This document shows, piece by piece, positions 38,581 through 52,380 of a stretch of 64,000 nucleotides of DNA (position 1 is its first letter; every line of letters starts with the position of its first letter). This DNA comes from Glycera tridactyla (taxonomy: Eukaryota). The notes beneath the pieces were generated by a model. It was not told where the DNA came from, did no database searches, and was given only the letters and a program-made list of their open reading frames with translations. The stretch covers positions 103,168,001 to 103,232,000 of the forward strand of contig OZ286459.1 of NCBI GenBank assembly GCA_965644265.1. Direction: 5' to 3'. The position numbers were made by a program, and so were the translations under genes.

Positions 38581-40317
38581 ATTGATACATTGATGAATGA
38601 ATAATTCACTGGCAGGGGGAGCCGTGGAGTAAGAGAGTAAATGGAAAAAGGTAAGACACTGGTGAGAGGGTAATCATGCGAGGCGAAGGTAGCAAACTTA
38701 TATAGGCGCAGCTTTAGTTTACAATCTATGAATTCTAGTTTCAGACACCTGCTCAACTCAACAAAAGACTGACCAGGTATAGTGGCATTCCCTACGTTAG
38801 AACCTCTCTAATCACCAGTGCTAGAGAGCAGCCGGGGAGCACTCCGTTCCAGTTGAATAGAGTGTTACTTTGAGGATGTCGAGGTTTCTAAATATTGCAC
38901 TACAGGCTCCGTAAATAGTCCAGTCGCCGGGTGTATGTGTATAGGTTGGTAGAGGAATGGGGATGCTAAAAGCCGGGGGTGATACATGGGTGCCCGTATA
39001 ATGCTTCAATGATCGTGATTTCATAAGGAGAACCGCTTGTCATCTGATATCATTCTGAACATCCACGCATTCGCGGTCTGAAGGTGAAGACATTTCCGAG
39101 GCGGCAGAATGCTAGATTAACCTCAATACTGAAAACGGTTGGTGTCTGATACACCCCCCCCCCCCCTCCCCTCCCCAACATAAAAGGAAATGTGGAGCGA
39201 CAGAGAACAACCAAAAAGAATATGTGGCAATAATATTAAAGTCGAATGATAATTTGTAACACTTGATGTATGCTACAGCTGACAATGAAACTTGATCACC
39301 ACTACCTCATGGTGAATAATTGAGAGATTGTCATGAAATGTACTGCAGTATATATGAATCAAACAAATTATAACAGATTTAAGGTGTATAATACAAAAGA
39401 TACATCATGCACAATGGAATCCGGGCTAATTTTCATATGTAAACTGATCAACTTTCCTATAGAGTATTCATAATTAAAAAAATATTTTGGTCACCCAGGA
39501 GTCAAATGACATTTCTTTTTCATTTGATGAAAATGTGTGCCTTATTCATATCTTGGATCAAATTTATGAAACACTATGAAGCTTATTGGATATGTAAGAC
39601 ATAGAATGCATCATCTTAACGGTTCATACATGTCTTCAAACTCGGATCAATCAATCATTTAAACAACTGTTCAATTGGTCAAATGACTTGAATATCGAGT
39701 GATATGGTGTGATTTGTGAATGTAGCATTGCTTGAGAAGAGATTGGAGACAGCTGTTGAGAAGTAGCCCGGGGCTGTGAAGCAATCGCACGAGAGGATCC
39801 AGATAGCTGAGCCAGGATCAACGCCACTTACTGCAGGATTAAGTCTCGAGTGGCTGGAGTAGAGGATTGTTTGCACTTTAGCTATAGGCCACAGTATTCT
39901 TGATTGCCAGTAGTCCGTGCAGAATACTGTAAGATCTACGAGGCGGCTTGCCTTGATGAAGATTTAGCATCCTTCGATGGAATGAAAGCAGAACCATCCT
40001 CTGTTTAACAGTGAATGAAGGATAGTGACCTAATAGTAATGGCCACGCTCAATAATACCTAGACTTATCGAGAAGCCTTTTAAGATTATGATGATGAGTG
40101 AATGAATATTTATCACTATATCCAGATGTACTTGGCTCATTAAGACACACACCTGAAACATGATGAATCGTGAACATGATGGACTGTAAATGAATGGCAA
40201 CTTTATGTGACTCGATATAGAAACGACGACTATTTGTTAGATTTTATAGAGACGTAATGAATATGTGACGATGAAAAGTAACTTCAGCAACTCAACTAAA
40301 TATATCAGGAGTTATTA

Positions 40318-41720
40318 CATTTGTATTTGTATTTGTATTTCTTTATTTTCCTCTCAAAACATGTCCCATATCTAAAAAACAGATACTTTCAGGACCAAAG
40401 AGAACACGAAAAAACGACAACATATATACAGTATGTACATAGACATGATATAACACGGACCAATGACACTGTTAACTGCTTCGATTAGAGACAATAATGT
40501 GAAGGGTGAATGGATTGATTGATTAGCTTTCCTGTATCTATTCGATCAAAATCAACTGGTCATCACGGAAAACTCACGATCAGTGCTTGGGATTCTCATC
40601 GTCATAAATAGTTAAGCTTGTCTCTCTCTATAGTAGGTATACTTTGCCGGAGTACCTTAGGTTTATCTATATATTTCAGTGTTTCGTCTAGGTTATTCCA
40701 CAGCAGAGATCCCCTGATAAATAGGTTATGGCGACAAGTCTCGGTTCTCGATTTTTTTATGCTGATGACCTTTCTCATTGATTGGCAGGTTGTAATTCCT
40801 CCCCGAGTATGTAGGGTGATTCGATTGCGAACAAGGGGCGGGGCGTTCACATGTAGTAGTTTATGAATCTCGATTACATCTCGAATGTTGCGGGCATCCT
40901 GCAAATAAATGATGCCAGTGGTCTTATGGACATAAATAGTAGGAGCGCGTCTGCTAGCATTCATTACACATTTGAGGGCTTCATTCTGTGCAACTTGAAG
41001 ACGTTGTTTATCTGTTTTGAAAGCGCCATCATAAATATAGTCGATATATTTGAAGATTGGTCCTATGAGGGCTTTATATAGTTTGAGAGCAAGGTCTTTA
41101 TTAACAAAGGGGCGTACTCTCCATAGAACTCCTGTTTTGTAGTTGACCCTTGCTATGACCAAATAGATGTGATTCCTGAAATTTAGAAACGGATCAAGAT
41201 GTAAACCAATGTACTTGAAGTTATCAACTTTATCTATTGTCATATGTCCGATTGTTAACTTTCAGTAGATTTTCAGTAGAGGCGACATTGGCTTGTGTGC
41301 CGAGGAACATTAATTTACTCTTGGAGATATTCAATGTGAGCTCATTAGAATTGAACCAGTTTTGAAGGGAATGGAGGTCTTGTTTGAGTGTCTCTATGAC
41401 TTAATTAGGATTTTAATTAGCACAAAGGATAGCAGTGTCATCTGCATATAGAAACGGACATGTGGTGGGGACATGGTGAACAAGGTCATTTATGTATATG
41501 GAAAATAGCAGCGGCCCCAAAATTGATCCTTCAGGGACTCCATAATTTATTGCTTTCGTGTCAGATGCGATATCATTAACTATTGTTTTTTTGAGTGCGG
41601 TTACGGAGATAGGTACGGAACCATGTGACCGTGCTTTCTGTACAGCCGATATATTTTAGTTTATTCTCAAGTATTGAATACACCACGGTATCGAAGGCTC
41701 TGGCTTGATATAGTACCTCC
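40318..41720 (-). mobile_element. 5'-truncated L2/Crack-like (CR1 group) LINE: RT core and C-terminal region
   Basis: Minus strand: RAFDTV (~41683-41700), [21 protein letters not shown] (~41482-41544), FLYADDTA (YADD at 41437-41448), LQNWFNSNELTLNISKSK, then a 213-aa ORF 40602-41243 (FKYIGLHLD...NHI...LWNNL). 3' AATAAA and (ATACAA)n tail at ~40320-40347. Confidence 0.92.
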
Positions 41721-43187
41721 AAAACTATCATAGCCAGTGAATAATGAATAAAACTTCATTACCGTGATCAGGTATACATTTGATGATTTCTTCCCGAGAG
41801 ATCAGCTCATCGAAACACGCTGCAAAAGTGATTGGTGGTGCATAGATAATGATGGATGGCCAATCTTTTGTCGAATTGTTTGATGTGGAAATAGTCTGTA
41901 TAATTCGTAGCTATGATATCGTCTCCATTGTCTACTGAGAAGGTGGTGGATATATTGGATTTTATTCATGTAGTTTGTAGCTGTTAATAATTCGATTTCA
42001 TTATGGTTCGCTCTTTCAACTTGGAATCATATTATCACAGAAGTGACGAGTAGATCATATCAATATGAGCTAGTATTGAAGATTGATGTGTCATTTTTCG
42101 ATGTTTCCGACGATCCCCTAAAAGGAAATTGATCACAGGCAGAGATGCAACAAGATTAATCTTTTTGAATCAAGTGAAAAGCGCCTCACTGAAGGTAATC
42201 TGATTCTTGCTATGGGATTAATCATGCTCATTTCATTACTCTGCTTTTTCAGGAAAAATGCTTGGAAATCCTTTGCTATTTGTTGCGCAGCTCACTCCGA
42301 ACAAATAAAAGTATTAGAGTGGCTGATGGCAGGAGAATGCCTTCTGGAAGTTTGCACTTGTCATGTAATTTCAAATAGCCCCAGCAGTGACCTGGGGCTT
42401 ATGAAAGAGGAGGACGTCTTGACAGCGACCCACGGCTTGTAACCGCCATTCAAGCACATAATAGCTGCGTTTGGTCGGCTAAATGTAGGAGCATCGGTCA
42501 CATTCCATCACGTCAATGGATGCCATTACATCAGACCGACTCGCTTCATCGCACTTCACAAGGTCACATCGTTACCTCCCAGCTCGAGCATGTTCTGCAT
42601 CAGTGGTGACGCTTCTAGGTCATCACAACCGCCCCAATAGGGTGTTCAATATTTGATTTATGGCGGTTGATACCACAACGCTTGACACCAATATTGGTAC
42701 TGGCGATAGACTGTGATGACCCGGCAGATCAAATTTGTGGCATGGCTGAGTGAAGACTGAAGGAAAGTATATTATGTTCACAGCACAGTGGCAAAAATAG
42801 CTGACCTAGTGAAAGCCAAATGAAGGATCCTATATGATACCGTCCATGCCTATCGCATGGGAGTCTCAATATAGCCTTATAACTCTAGCGAGACAAGAAA
42901 CAAACAAACGAACAACCAATTGATCGGATTTCTGATTTCGTCCGAAATAGATTTTCGAACTCTCTAAAGGTAAGATGCGTCTCGTCTTGCTTAAATATTG
43001 ATATTCCCTCCAGCTAATTCTGAGTGTTGAAAATGTGTCTAGAGCTGTCACCAGAAATATGACATGTGAGGGGGTGATTTTGAATCGTCTGATTTGATCA
43101 AATGTGGGTGCATGTACCAGCCAACAGTACGTTCGTAACACACCTTACAACTTTCATTCAGCCTAGAATGGACTGCACCGATGAATC

Positions 43188-44985
43188 TCAATGGATGTCT
43201 ATTGATGTCTATGTGACAACCCGTAGGCTGTCAATGTATGAATGTCCATTCGATAATCCATAGGCCGTCAATGGATGTCTATGTGATAATCCGTAAGCTA
43301 TCAATGGATGGATGGCTATGTGATAATCCGTAGGCCGTCAATTGATGGCTATGTGATAATCCGTAGGCCGTCAATTGATGGCTATGTGATGATCCGTAGG
43401 CCGTCGATTGATGGCTATGTGATAATCCGTAGGCCGTCGATTGATGGCTATGTGATAATCCATAGGCCGTCAATTGATGGCTATGTGATAATCCATAGGC
43501 CGTCAAAGGATGGATGTCTATGTGATAATCTGTAGGCCATCAATGGATGGATGTCTGTGTGATAATTTGTAGGTCGTCAAAGGATGGATGTCTATGTCAT
43601 AATCTGTAGACCGTCAATGGATGGATGTCTATGTGTTAATCCGTAGGCTGTCGATTGATGGCTATGTGATAATCCCTAGGTCGTCAATGGATGAATGTCT
43701 ATGTGATAATCCATAGGCTGTCAATGGATGGATGTCTATGTGATAATCCGTAGGCCATCAATGGATGAATGTCTATGTGATAATCCGTATAGGCCATCAA
43801 TGGATGGATGTCTATGTGATAATCAGTATAGGCCATCAATGGATGGATGTCTATGTGATAATCAGTAGGCCATCAATGGATGGATGTCTATGTGATAATC
43901 CGTAGGCCGTCAATGGATGGATGTCTATGTGATAATCCGTATAGGCCATCAATGGATGGATGTCTATGTGATAATCCATAGGCCGTCAATGGATGGATGT
44001 CTATGTGATAATCAGTAGGCCGTCAATGGATGGATGTCTATGTGAATATCCGTAAGCCGTCAATGGATGGATGTCTATGTGATAATCCATTGGCCGTCAA
44101 TGGATGGATGTCTATGTGATAATCAGTAGGCCGTCAATGGATGGATGTCTATGTGATAATCAGTAGGCCGTCAATGGATGGATGTCTATGTGATAATCAG
44201 TATAGGCCGTCAATGGATGGATGTCTTTGTGATAATCAGTAGGCCGTCAATGGATGGATGTCTTTGTGATAATCAGTAGGCCGTCAATGGATGGATGTCT
44301 ATGTGATAATCAGTATAGGCCGTCAATGGATGGATGTCTTTGTGATAATCAGTAGGCCGTCAATGGATGGATGTCTAGGTGAATATCCGTAAGCCGTCAA
44401 TGGATTTATATAGAAAGCGCCGAGTGCCGTGGCCGGGAAGGAGTTACGTGACGAGCTGCCTGTCCCGTGAAGGCACGAGTGGCCGCAGGCCACGAGTGCC
44501 TTTCCGGGGCAGGATGCGAGTTACGTAACGCCTTCCCGTACACGGCACGAGGGGTGTTCTGTATTTATCATCCAATAATCAGAAAGAAGAATGTATTACC
44601 TACAATTTGGTGTTTAGTTTGTGAAAATCGGACCAGCGGTTGATGAGTTTCAGCGATTTTTATAGAGGCATTTTACCTTACGTTTGCCGCAACACTACGC
44701 AATTCGAACACGCGAGGCTGCCAGTTGACCTTCGACCGTGATTGTTCTATGGCCAATCAGCGGTGGCGTGCCAGCGTCACAATGGTTATACTACGAGGAG
44801 TATACTATTCGAGGTTATACGATCGCTTCGTACGTACATGGTGAACGTCGATTATATACATGATACAGCCTCAATCGGATGATAAGGATGTCTATGTGAT
44901 AATCAGTAGGCCGTCAATGGATTGATGTCCATGTGAAAATCAGTAGGCCGTCAATGGATGGATGTCTATGTGAATATCCGTAGGC
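43188..44985. repeat. Minisatellite array, 37-bp consensus gataatc(c/a)gtaggccgtcaatggatggatgtctatgt with 33- and 39-bp variants; ~33 units before and ~3 after an insertion
   Basis: Head-to-tail units without unique spacers at 43188-44405 and 44886-44985. Confidence 0.96.
44406..44885. mobile_element. 480-bp insertion in the minisatellite with a ~160-bp imperfect palindrome; Crypton-like non-autonomous element (tentative)
   Basis: The flanks rejoin to a normal unit (gtcaatggat|ggatgtctatgtg). The insertion begins TTAT and ends ATAA. Palindrome centred on GGCC-GCA-GGCC (44481-44491) with arms 44408-44484 and 44488-44564. Confidence 0.7.
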
Positions 44986-46229
44986 GGACGTGATGGTTTT
45001 TCGTTCTGATACTTGTTACACTTTCCCGACGTGCAAAAAAAAATTTTGGTGAGTAAGGCATCGCAAAAGAGACATTCTCTTGTTAGAATCATTCATCATT
45101 GATGTCCTCTCCGTCCTTCTCAAATAGGGGAACATACGCACATATTTCTTTTCGACTACCAGTAACGAATGATCTCTATCATCATGAAATACACTCTCTA
45201 CACCATCCTCTGAACATCTTTGTTACCTGTTGTCTCAGAAGCACGATCTGCATTGGTTGTCGATAATGCCTTGCACAAAATGATGAAGCTCTAATATCCG
45301 GGGTGTAGGTCACTTTAAAAATATGACATGAATCACATATTACTTTACAGTATCTCGATATACCGTGTACTCCCCTTTCCACCAGCCAAAACCTAGTCTT
45401 CATAGTATGTTGCTGACATCTTGTTGAAAAGAATAATCGTCTGCCCATACACACATATTTCTTCGTAGCCAGCTTATGATCATACTTCATTTTGCCTTGA
45501 TATATAGTCATTTTATATTCTCTTTATATATTTTTACCTTTATACCTTTTAACTCATGGGGGGGGGGCTCACGTTAGGCTATCATACAAAATGATGCAAA
45601 TGGATTCGATAGCATTAACAAATTTAGGGGAATATCAGATATTCAGACAGTCTTGGTCTTCAGCATTATTGGTACCAAACTAAATTTCGGGCAGAAGGGA
45701 TTCTTTGGGGATGACCCCAGTCATCAGGAACTGAAATAAGCACTAACAGGCCATCTCCCTGCGGCCATATTAGTCCAGCTACAATCAGTGGGGCAGTTGA
45801 TTGGGTCGTCACATTAGAGAGGAGACAGTGAATCAAATGTATTGATAGGTGAGGCTTGACTGTGAAACCTATGAATTTCTACGCACTCTTCCGAGAATAC
45901 GTAGTAATTGCCGTTCTATTGGGCACTTGCTTGGTGTCCAAATGTCTCTACAGAAACTTCTCATCCGTTTACAAAAAAGGATATTTTTTTCTGAACAAAT
46001 ATCCAACTATTGTCAAAAGAGTGATCAAGAACCTAGATTTCGTTTATGATAGATGTGTGAATGTAGATAAAGATGACAATGCATGTACGCAAACGCCTTT
46101 TTTCTGTTCACTCGGCCTCATGTTCAACTTTCTTGTCAATGCTGTTCAAACTTCAGCATCTCCCCGATTCTGTCAACCATATAATCAGTATTATTGTTAT
46201 CATCATCGTCCTTATCCGTGTTAATACCA

Positions 46230-46282
46230 GCCTACTAGTACCACCACTACCATTACTATTACTGACACTGCTACTGCTACTA
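46230..46282. repeat. (ACT/ACC)n trinucleotide tract
   Basis: Read directly. Confidence 0.85.
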
Positions 46283-49200
46283 CTTCTACTATTACCACCA
46301 CTCCTAGAATATACAAGATAAAATCCTATTTGAATTGCCAAACCTCAAGCACAATCTACTCACCTGGGAAAGGGCCTCTATCCATACTACACCACGTATC
46401 CCATTAATATGATGATCATGAGAGGTGGTTATTTTAATCAAGTGGATCACTACATCCTGACCTAATTAGTTGGAAAATAAAGGGCTTTACTGAACACAAT
46501 CTTAATCTATATAATGGTGATGGCTGCAACATGATCTACTTTTCTATCCAGACACTTACAGCTTGATTGGAATGTGCAATAGCTTTCACGTTCTTCCGTA
46601 GTACTTCAAATGGTCACATTATCCACTTCTTATAGCAGTTGCCGTATTGGGTGATATGAGATACGTGTCATAATCTGCCATCCCTTCTCAGGCCCTAGGG
46701 GATTACCCCGGAGTGAGACTTTGATGAAGCGATCTCTTCTGAGAATTGACTACACCATAACAAGAAGTGCCACATCTAACCCAAACAAACGATACCTGCT
46801 TCATCCCAAAATGATAACCACCGTAATCTCTCCTGCAAGGCAGGATATTCATCATATCTGACAAAATTTTCGCTATGATTCTTAGCCACTAAGTAAATCT
46901 TCACTTTGAAAACGGTTCTACGTATTCACTTGTACATTTCACCCCCTCCACTATCTATAAAAGACAAACATTGAATGAACAGGACAATATCCCATGACTG
47001 CCAAGCCATATCTCACAAGTGCTTTATGTTAAACCCCAATATGACTTGCTGGTCATTCTAGCTTAGTCACTATATGCAATCTATATGATCAATTATACAC
47101 ATGCATGAGAAAAACTGCTATAGGGTAATCACGTAGGAGCAGTGATGAAAACGCAAGATGATGCCATCGTATGATGACTTTGGAAGGCTTTTGGCGGAAT
47201 AGTATTGCAGCTATGATCATCATAGAATGAGAAGGATAACATATCCCCAGATTCCCTGTCAACGCAATAATGTTCGTGTCATATAACTCAGATACGTAGC
47301 ATTGATGATGGTGATGATGGTGGTGCAGGTACTGTTGGGGCCGGTGATAGCGTCAGCTTCTGTTAAGAGAAGGTAGGTGTAGAGCTAACAGATTGGCACC
47401 CCCTGGAATTGAATGTGATGGTGCAGAGACAACATCTCAGCCGAACTTTGGTATCAGAGTGGTTTTATCATTATGCCCTGTCTGGGACTATAATAGGATA
47501 ATTTTCATCATGCAAAAGATCACGTGAGGCATACAGGTGACGCTGCAAGCTGACAAACCATGAATTACTTTATGTGAGTTTAGAATTTTCAACAAGTAGG
47601 AAATATTTGATTGACATCTCTGAAACGACCTCGGAGAAGTGTTCCATGTGATTCAGTGATTGATATCCAAACAGACTTATACAATCAAGAAATCTATTTT
47701 GAACTGTGGATGCCATTTGCTTTAGGTGATCACTCTGATGCCCGATCTCTTCGACCTTCGATGTGTACCCATGACCACAATCCTTCTCAAAAGGGAATTC
47801 TGGTGGGATCCAATGTTCTTCCTTGATGAGAAGTGTATAGATCAGCTGATGGTCGTTTCAGATATCACCCCTGATACATGGTATCGTATTGCAGTACAAT
47901 TGTAACCATAGACAGAAGGCTAATCGTGAATTCAAATGTTGGTTGGTTACTAGGGCTATCGATTACATGGGTTCCCATCTATTTTGACTGCTGTCCAAAT
48001 CTGATAATATACTCCTATGGTATCAGATGCCCCCCCCCCACACACACACACATACACACACACTCGAGCACTTCAAATCACTTCATACAATTCTACTGCC
48101 CTATACTGTCCAGGAAGGATCTGTTTGAGAACTTGGTTGTACCAAATTACTTCAAAGACCTGAACGAATTTAAGAAGTTGAAAACATTGTGCACCAACCT
48201 GTAGAAAGCACCAACCTGTAGAAATTTGGTGAAATGATACCCTTCATGAGATCAGAAGGAAAGCTTTGTACCTCACGGGATAATATGTCTATATACCCAT
48301 TCAACATGATACCATTGATGTCTCGATATCAACTAACTGAAATATGTATTTACGTTTGATGTATGAATCACGTGGTACATGCTCAATCGATAGGCTGACA
48401 ACTATTCTATGTCGGATGTTACACCACTTAGGTGTACCCTGAAGTATGTGCTGAAACATAACCTAAACTACTAGCTGGTGCTTCAGCAAAGAGCAACGCC
48501 ATAGACGTGGCGAGGCACCGAGGCACCGTAAGGGGTCGGTAGTGCTAAATCATTTCATCTCTATCATATTTCACTTTTCTCTTTGTCTTCTTTTTGAACA
48601 CAGTTTGCCGATCAGCTGTCTGATGTTGTCTGATCATTACTATGAAATGTTAACTGAGAACTCGTTGATGACCGATATTTAATCGTCAATTGTTACACCC
48701 GGTGATACACACATAAGCATCAATAATCGAATATCGCCAGTCGATTTAAAATTTTGGAGTTCTGTGACCGTCCCCGACTGAATGAACGACACTCGCTCAA
48801 TTAGAACATGATTTACGAACAGTGTGACTTGCTGAAAAATATGTACGTACGATCAGTGTCTTCATACGTTTATCATTTCATGGAATGTATTTGATATAGA
48901 GGACGAGAGATACATTTCCTGATGCAGCCTATCCCGCCCGTCAATGGGGAGGTCGGAGAATTTTCGAGTGGTCCCCTTGCGACATCATGCATATAACAGT
49001 ATGTATACAAGTGCAACGCAATCATCTTGAGTGTCCGATCATCGGAGTTGGCGATGATTGCTTGTGAATTGGGCTTCATATGATTGTTTCCACGAAGTCC
49101 CTCAGCTAATTCCCAGAAACAAGACCCACGAATTGATTGCAATCGACGGTGTCCTTTGTGATGGCAGACTCAGTTGCTCGTTTGAATATATACATTTTCA

Positions 49201-50440
49201 GCTCTTCTTTTGAGCCGATGCTTTGCAATCACCCGACACGTTCGATTCCTGCTCAAGGATAACTGTCATTGCTCACAGTCTCATCATGGTGTATACAAAG
49301 TAGAAGTCACTTCTACAAGCATAAGTTGACCGAATAAGATTGAAAAGAAAAAGGTTTCTTTTGAGGTGATCTAGCCTCTGGATGTAACACATTCGTAAAG
49401 CATGATCAGCGTCTGGGTCATATAAATGTGAATGTAGTGGTATCCCCAACAAGTTCACTTGACGCGACAAGTACATTCCTTGGCAGGCCTTTCTCATCTC
49501 CCTGAGGAGTATACAACGACAGACACAGAATTATGTGCATTGGTTAAGCATTCTACAATCACCATCACTGCCTACATACCAATTCACACCTGGGTGAAGT
49601 GAGGTATTGGAGTACAGAGGTTCCTCTTAGTTACCTCCACACCGGAGTGCCTACTCAATGAGTAGCGCAGATCATACATATCAGTGTGATGGTGCAGGTT
49701 CAGTATGAAATGGTGAACTGTGTCCAGGTTGGTCACCCAACCGGGGAGGAGCCCTGCTTATTGTCGTAAATAGTGCTGCTCTTTGGAGAACCGGAACTCG
49801 CCACTATGCTATATCATGAGCATACAGAACGTGCAGAGAGGGGGTTCTTCACGATTGATGGCATTGCAAGAACAAGCTGGATCGTTAAATACCAGTTTGT
49901 CATCTGTGAGCCTGAATCACGTGTCCTGCTATACCATTACACCGACTGAGCACCACTAAAAGCCAGTCGTCTATTTCCTGTTGAATCGGCGCCTCAGATA
50001 TCTGTCAATATCACATCATTTCACCTTCTGGACCCGGAGGAAGTTTTGTAAGAACCCTCCTTGGCTCATTGGAAGGGTGTCTCGATGTAACACATGCTGA
50101 TAATAAGGACTAAATCGACCACCCAGCATCCGGAGACTACACAGGTCGATGCATGTAAACTATGAATATTCCACGCTACTGAATCAATACACCGTGTCAG
50201 AGCAGCCATATTCGTGGAAAGTCGATCGATTGCATATCCCGATCTATACAATCTTCACAATTACAGGGGCACTCGACACTGGAAATCCGTCTACATTTTT
50301 GTGCAAATCCACCAGCCAGCGATACCCTGGTACGTTACAGTCGATAATGGAATTTTGGTATATGTGAATGGGTAATATTCAAAAGGAAATCGAATATATC
50401 TGCACATGTGGAAATTTTGCGTGGTCCTCCTAGTACATTG

Positions 50441-50600
50441 AACGACAGACAGACAGACGGACGGGAGTTCTGACCGACCGGCCAACTAAACAACTGACCG
50501 ACTGCCTGACTGACTGATTGAAAAATTTATCAACCGCCCAGCTAGCTGGAAACCAATCAGCCGACCATCAACGAACAGACCGACTGTCCAAAGATCGACC
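50441..50600. repeat. Degenerate (GACA/GACC/GACT)n tract
   Basis: Read directly. Confidence 0.75.
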
Positions 50601-52380
50601 TTTTCTGACCGATTAAAAACAACAGGCAGTTGAACCGAGGTAGAATAAGAAAGTCACGGAAACAGATTCTGCCAAGACGTGGAAACCTTCAAGCGTCTGT
50701 TCGATGTACATGATCCTCACCGCTTTCTACTTGTTAAAGGATTGGATATATGCTTTGTTGATTGGATTCAAGCTATACTGTGCACACCCCCCCCCCTCCC
50801 TCAAGTACGAGTGAGTCCTCGACTAGGAGTGAATGTGTCGTGGTAGGTGGTTAAGATCTGTATTGGCACATTCATTCTGAAGCAGGTCAGTTTTGCTGAA
50901 ATGCTGAAAATATCGATTCAATAGGTGATTCAGTGCTGCAGTGGAATTTCATAAGCTCTATTGTTGCTTTGACGGCAGTGCTCAGCTCGACTAGAGTGGG
51001 GATCAGCTCCTATTCACCCAGAATCTCAACTAGACGATAAGTATTACCTCATGTGAGGTATGTGATCCGGCCCAATGGTGCCAACTATGCCAAGTCCCCC
51101 CGTCCTCCACACTTTTAAATAAGCCGCCATGCCACATGAGGCCAGTAAGTTGGAGGTAGTCAATATTCTTCGCTATGTGTTATTCTTCGAACTTTGCATT
51201 GAAGTAATGGATCATCGGAGGGCATAATGTCGCTTATATTCTTTCTCTTGTCATGAAGTTTGGGTGGAATGTGGATGAGATGAAGCGAATGTTGAAGCAG
51301 GTTACTATCGTGCAGCCATAATTAGATGTGCGACCTGTCATCTTTATTATGACACCCCGAAGTGATTCCCTGATACATATATGTGAACAAGCAAGCATAA
51401 CCTGGTTAACAAATGGCTCAAATGCCAAGGGCGAAATTAGGTATTTCTGGTCAATATGACTTTCTATTTCATCAGCGTCACAATATAACACGCATTGGGG
51501 TGACGTTGGATCGGAACCAGGTTACTGACCATCAAACTGAATCTTGCAGAGACATTGAATCGGCCAGTGATCAAATAGATACATATCGTTGATGTTGCCC
51601 TTCCTTGCCATCTTGTCCCTAGATTCTAGTTAAACACCTGCGTACCTAACTTACCGCAACTGGATGTCAATTGTCATGGACAGCCATTGTCGACTCTGAT
51701 TTGAGTTACCATGGAGATGCGGCTTGACTAGCTGATCTTCTGTAGACCCAGCAACCCGAACGACAAGGCGTGCTACAGGCTTATGTTCACCACAGCATGA
51801 CCTGTTAGCTGGTATATACCCCAGTTGCAATCTCATTGCAATGAGAGAGGCATTAGCAGGTGACATGTGCAGCGCCATTACATGAGTACATGATCACTGA
51901 GTCTTGTATTTATTGTCAGAAGTCAAGGCTCATTAATTGTGTAAGGAAGATCATCTCATTATCACATTTGCTGTTCATATTAATATTAATATGATTCCAT
52001 TCCTGAGAGCACATCTTCCCAAATCGATCACTCTTGAGTTGACGAGTTGAAATCACACTCATTATATCAAGACATGGAAGATTATCTGGTACGACATATA
52101 CAAGGGTAGATCTGGTGTCTGGGCTGCAGGATGCTGCCTAATAATCCAAAACGGTCAGGCCATTTGTTCATGTAACCATGTGCACCGAGTTCTCGAAGTT
52201 AGATGTGGAAATACATGATGATGTGACAGCTGGTGCATCATTCATTTGAGGCCTCTCCCTTCCTCATTTACTGATATACACGCGTGAATGAGCACATGTA
52301 AATGTGAAATAGTGGGGAGAAAACAACTACGAGGACAAGCCTAAACGGCCAGTCAGCCACTTTCACTACAAACCCCTTTA

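Noticed and set aside
42241-42400. Acceptor ttttcAG at 42252 with a downstream frame AICCAAHSEQIKVL...GE, vaguely like NPR exon 2
   Set aside because: That frame needs phase 2 but the donor is phase 1. The phase-1 reading stops after 17 codons.
43188-44985. CRISPR array (37-bp repeats)
   Set aside because: Units are contiguous with no unique spacers, there are no cas genes, and the context is eukaryotic. It is a minisatellite.
45856-46224. 122-aa ORF with a hydrophobic segment
   Set aside because: No recognisable domain or splice signals, and it runs into a trinucleotide tract. Consistent with a chance ORF.
48570-48700. Strong polypyrimidine acceptor (AG at 48602-03) as NPR exon 2
   Set aside because: The phase-1 reading gives VCRSAV then a stop, and the other frames also close quickly with no receptor similarity.
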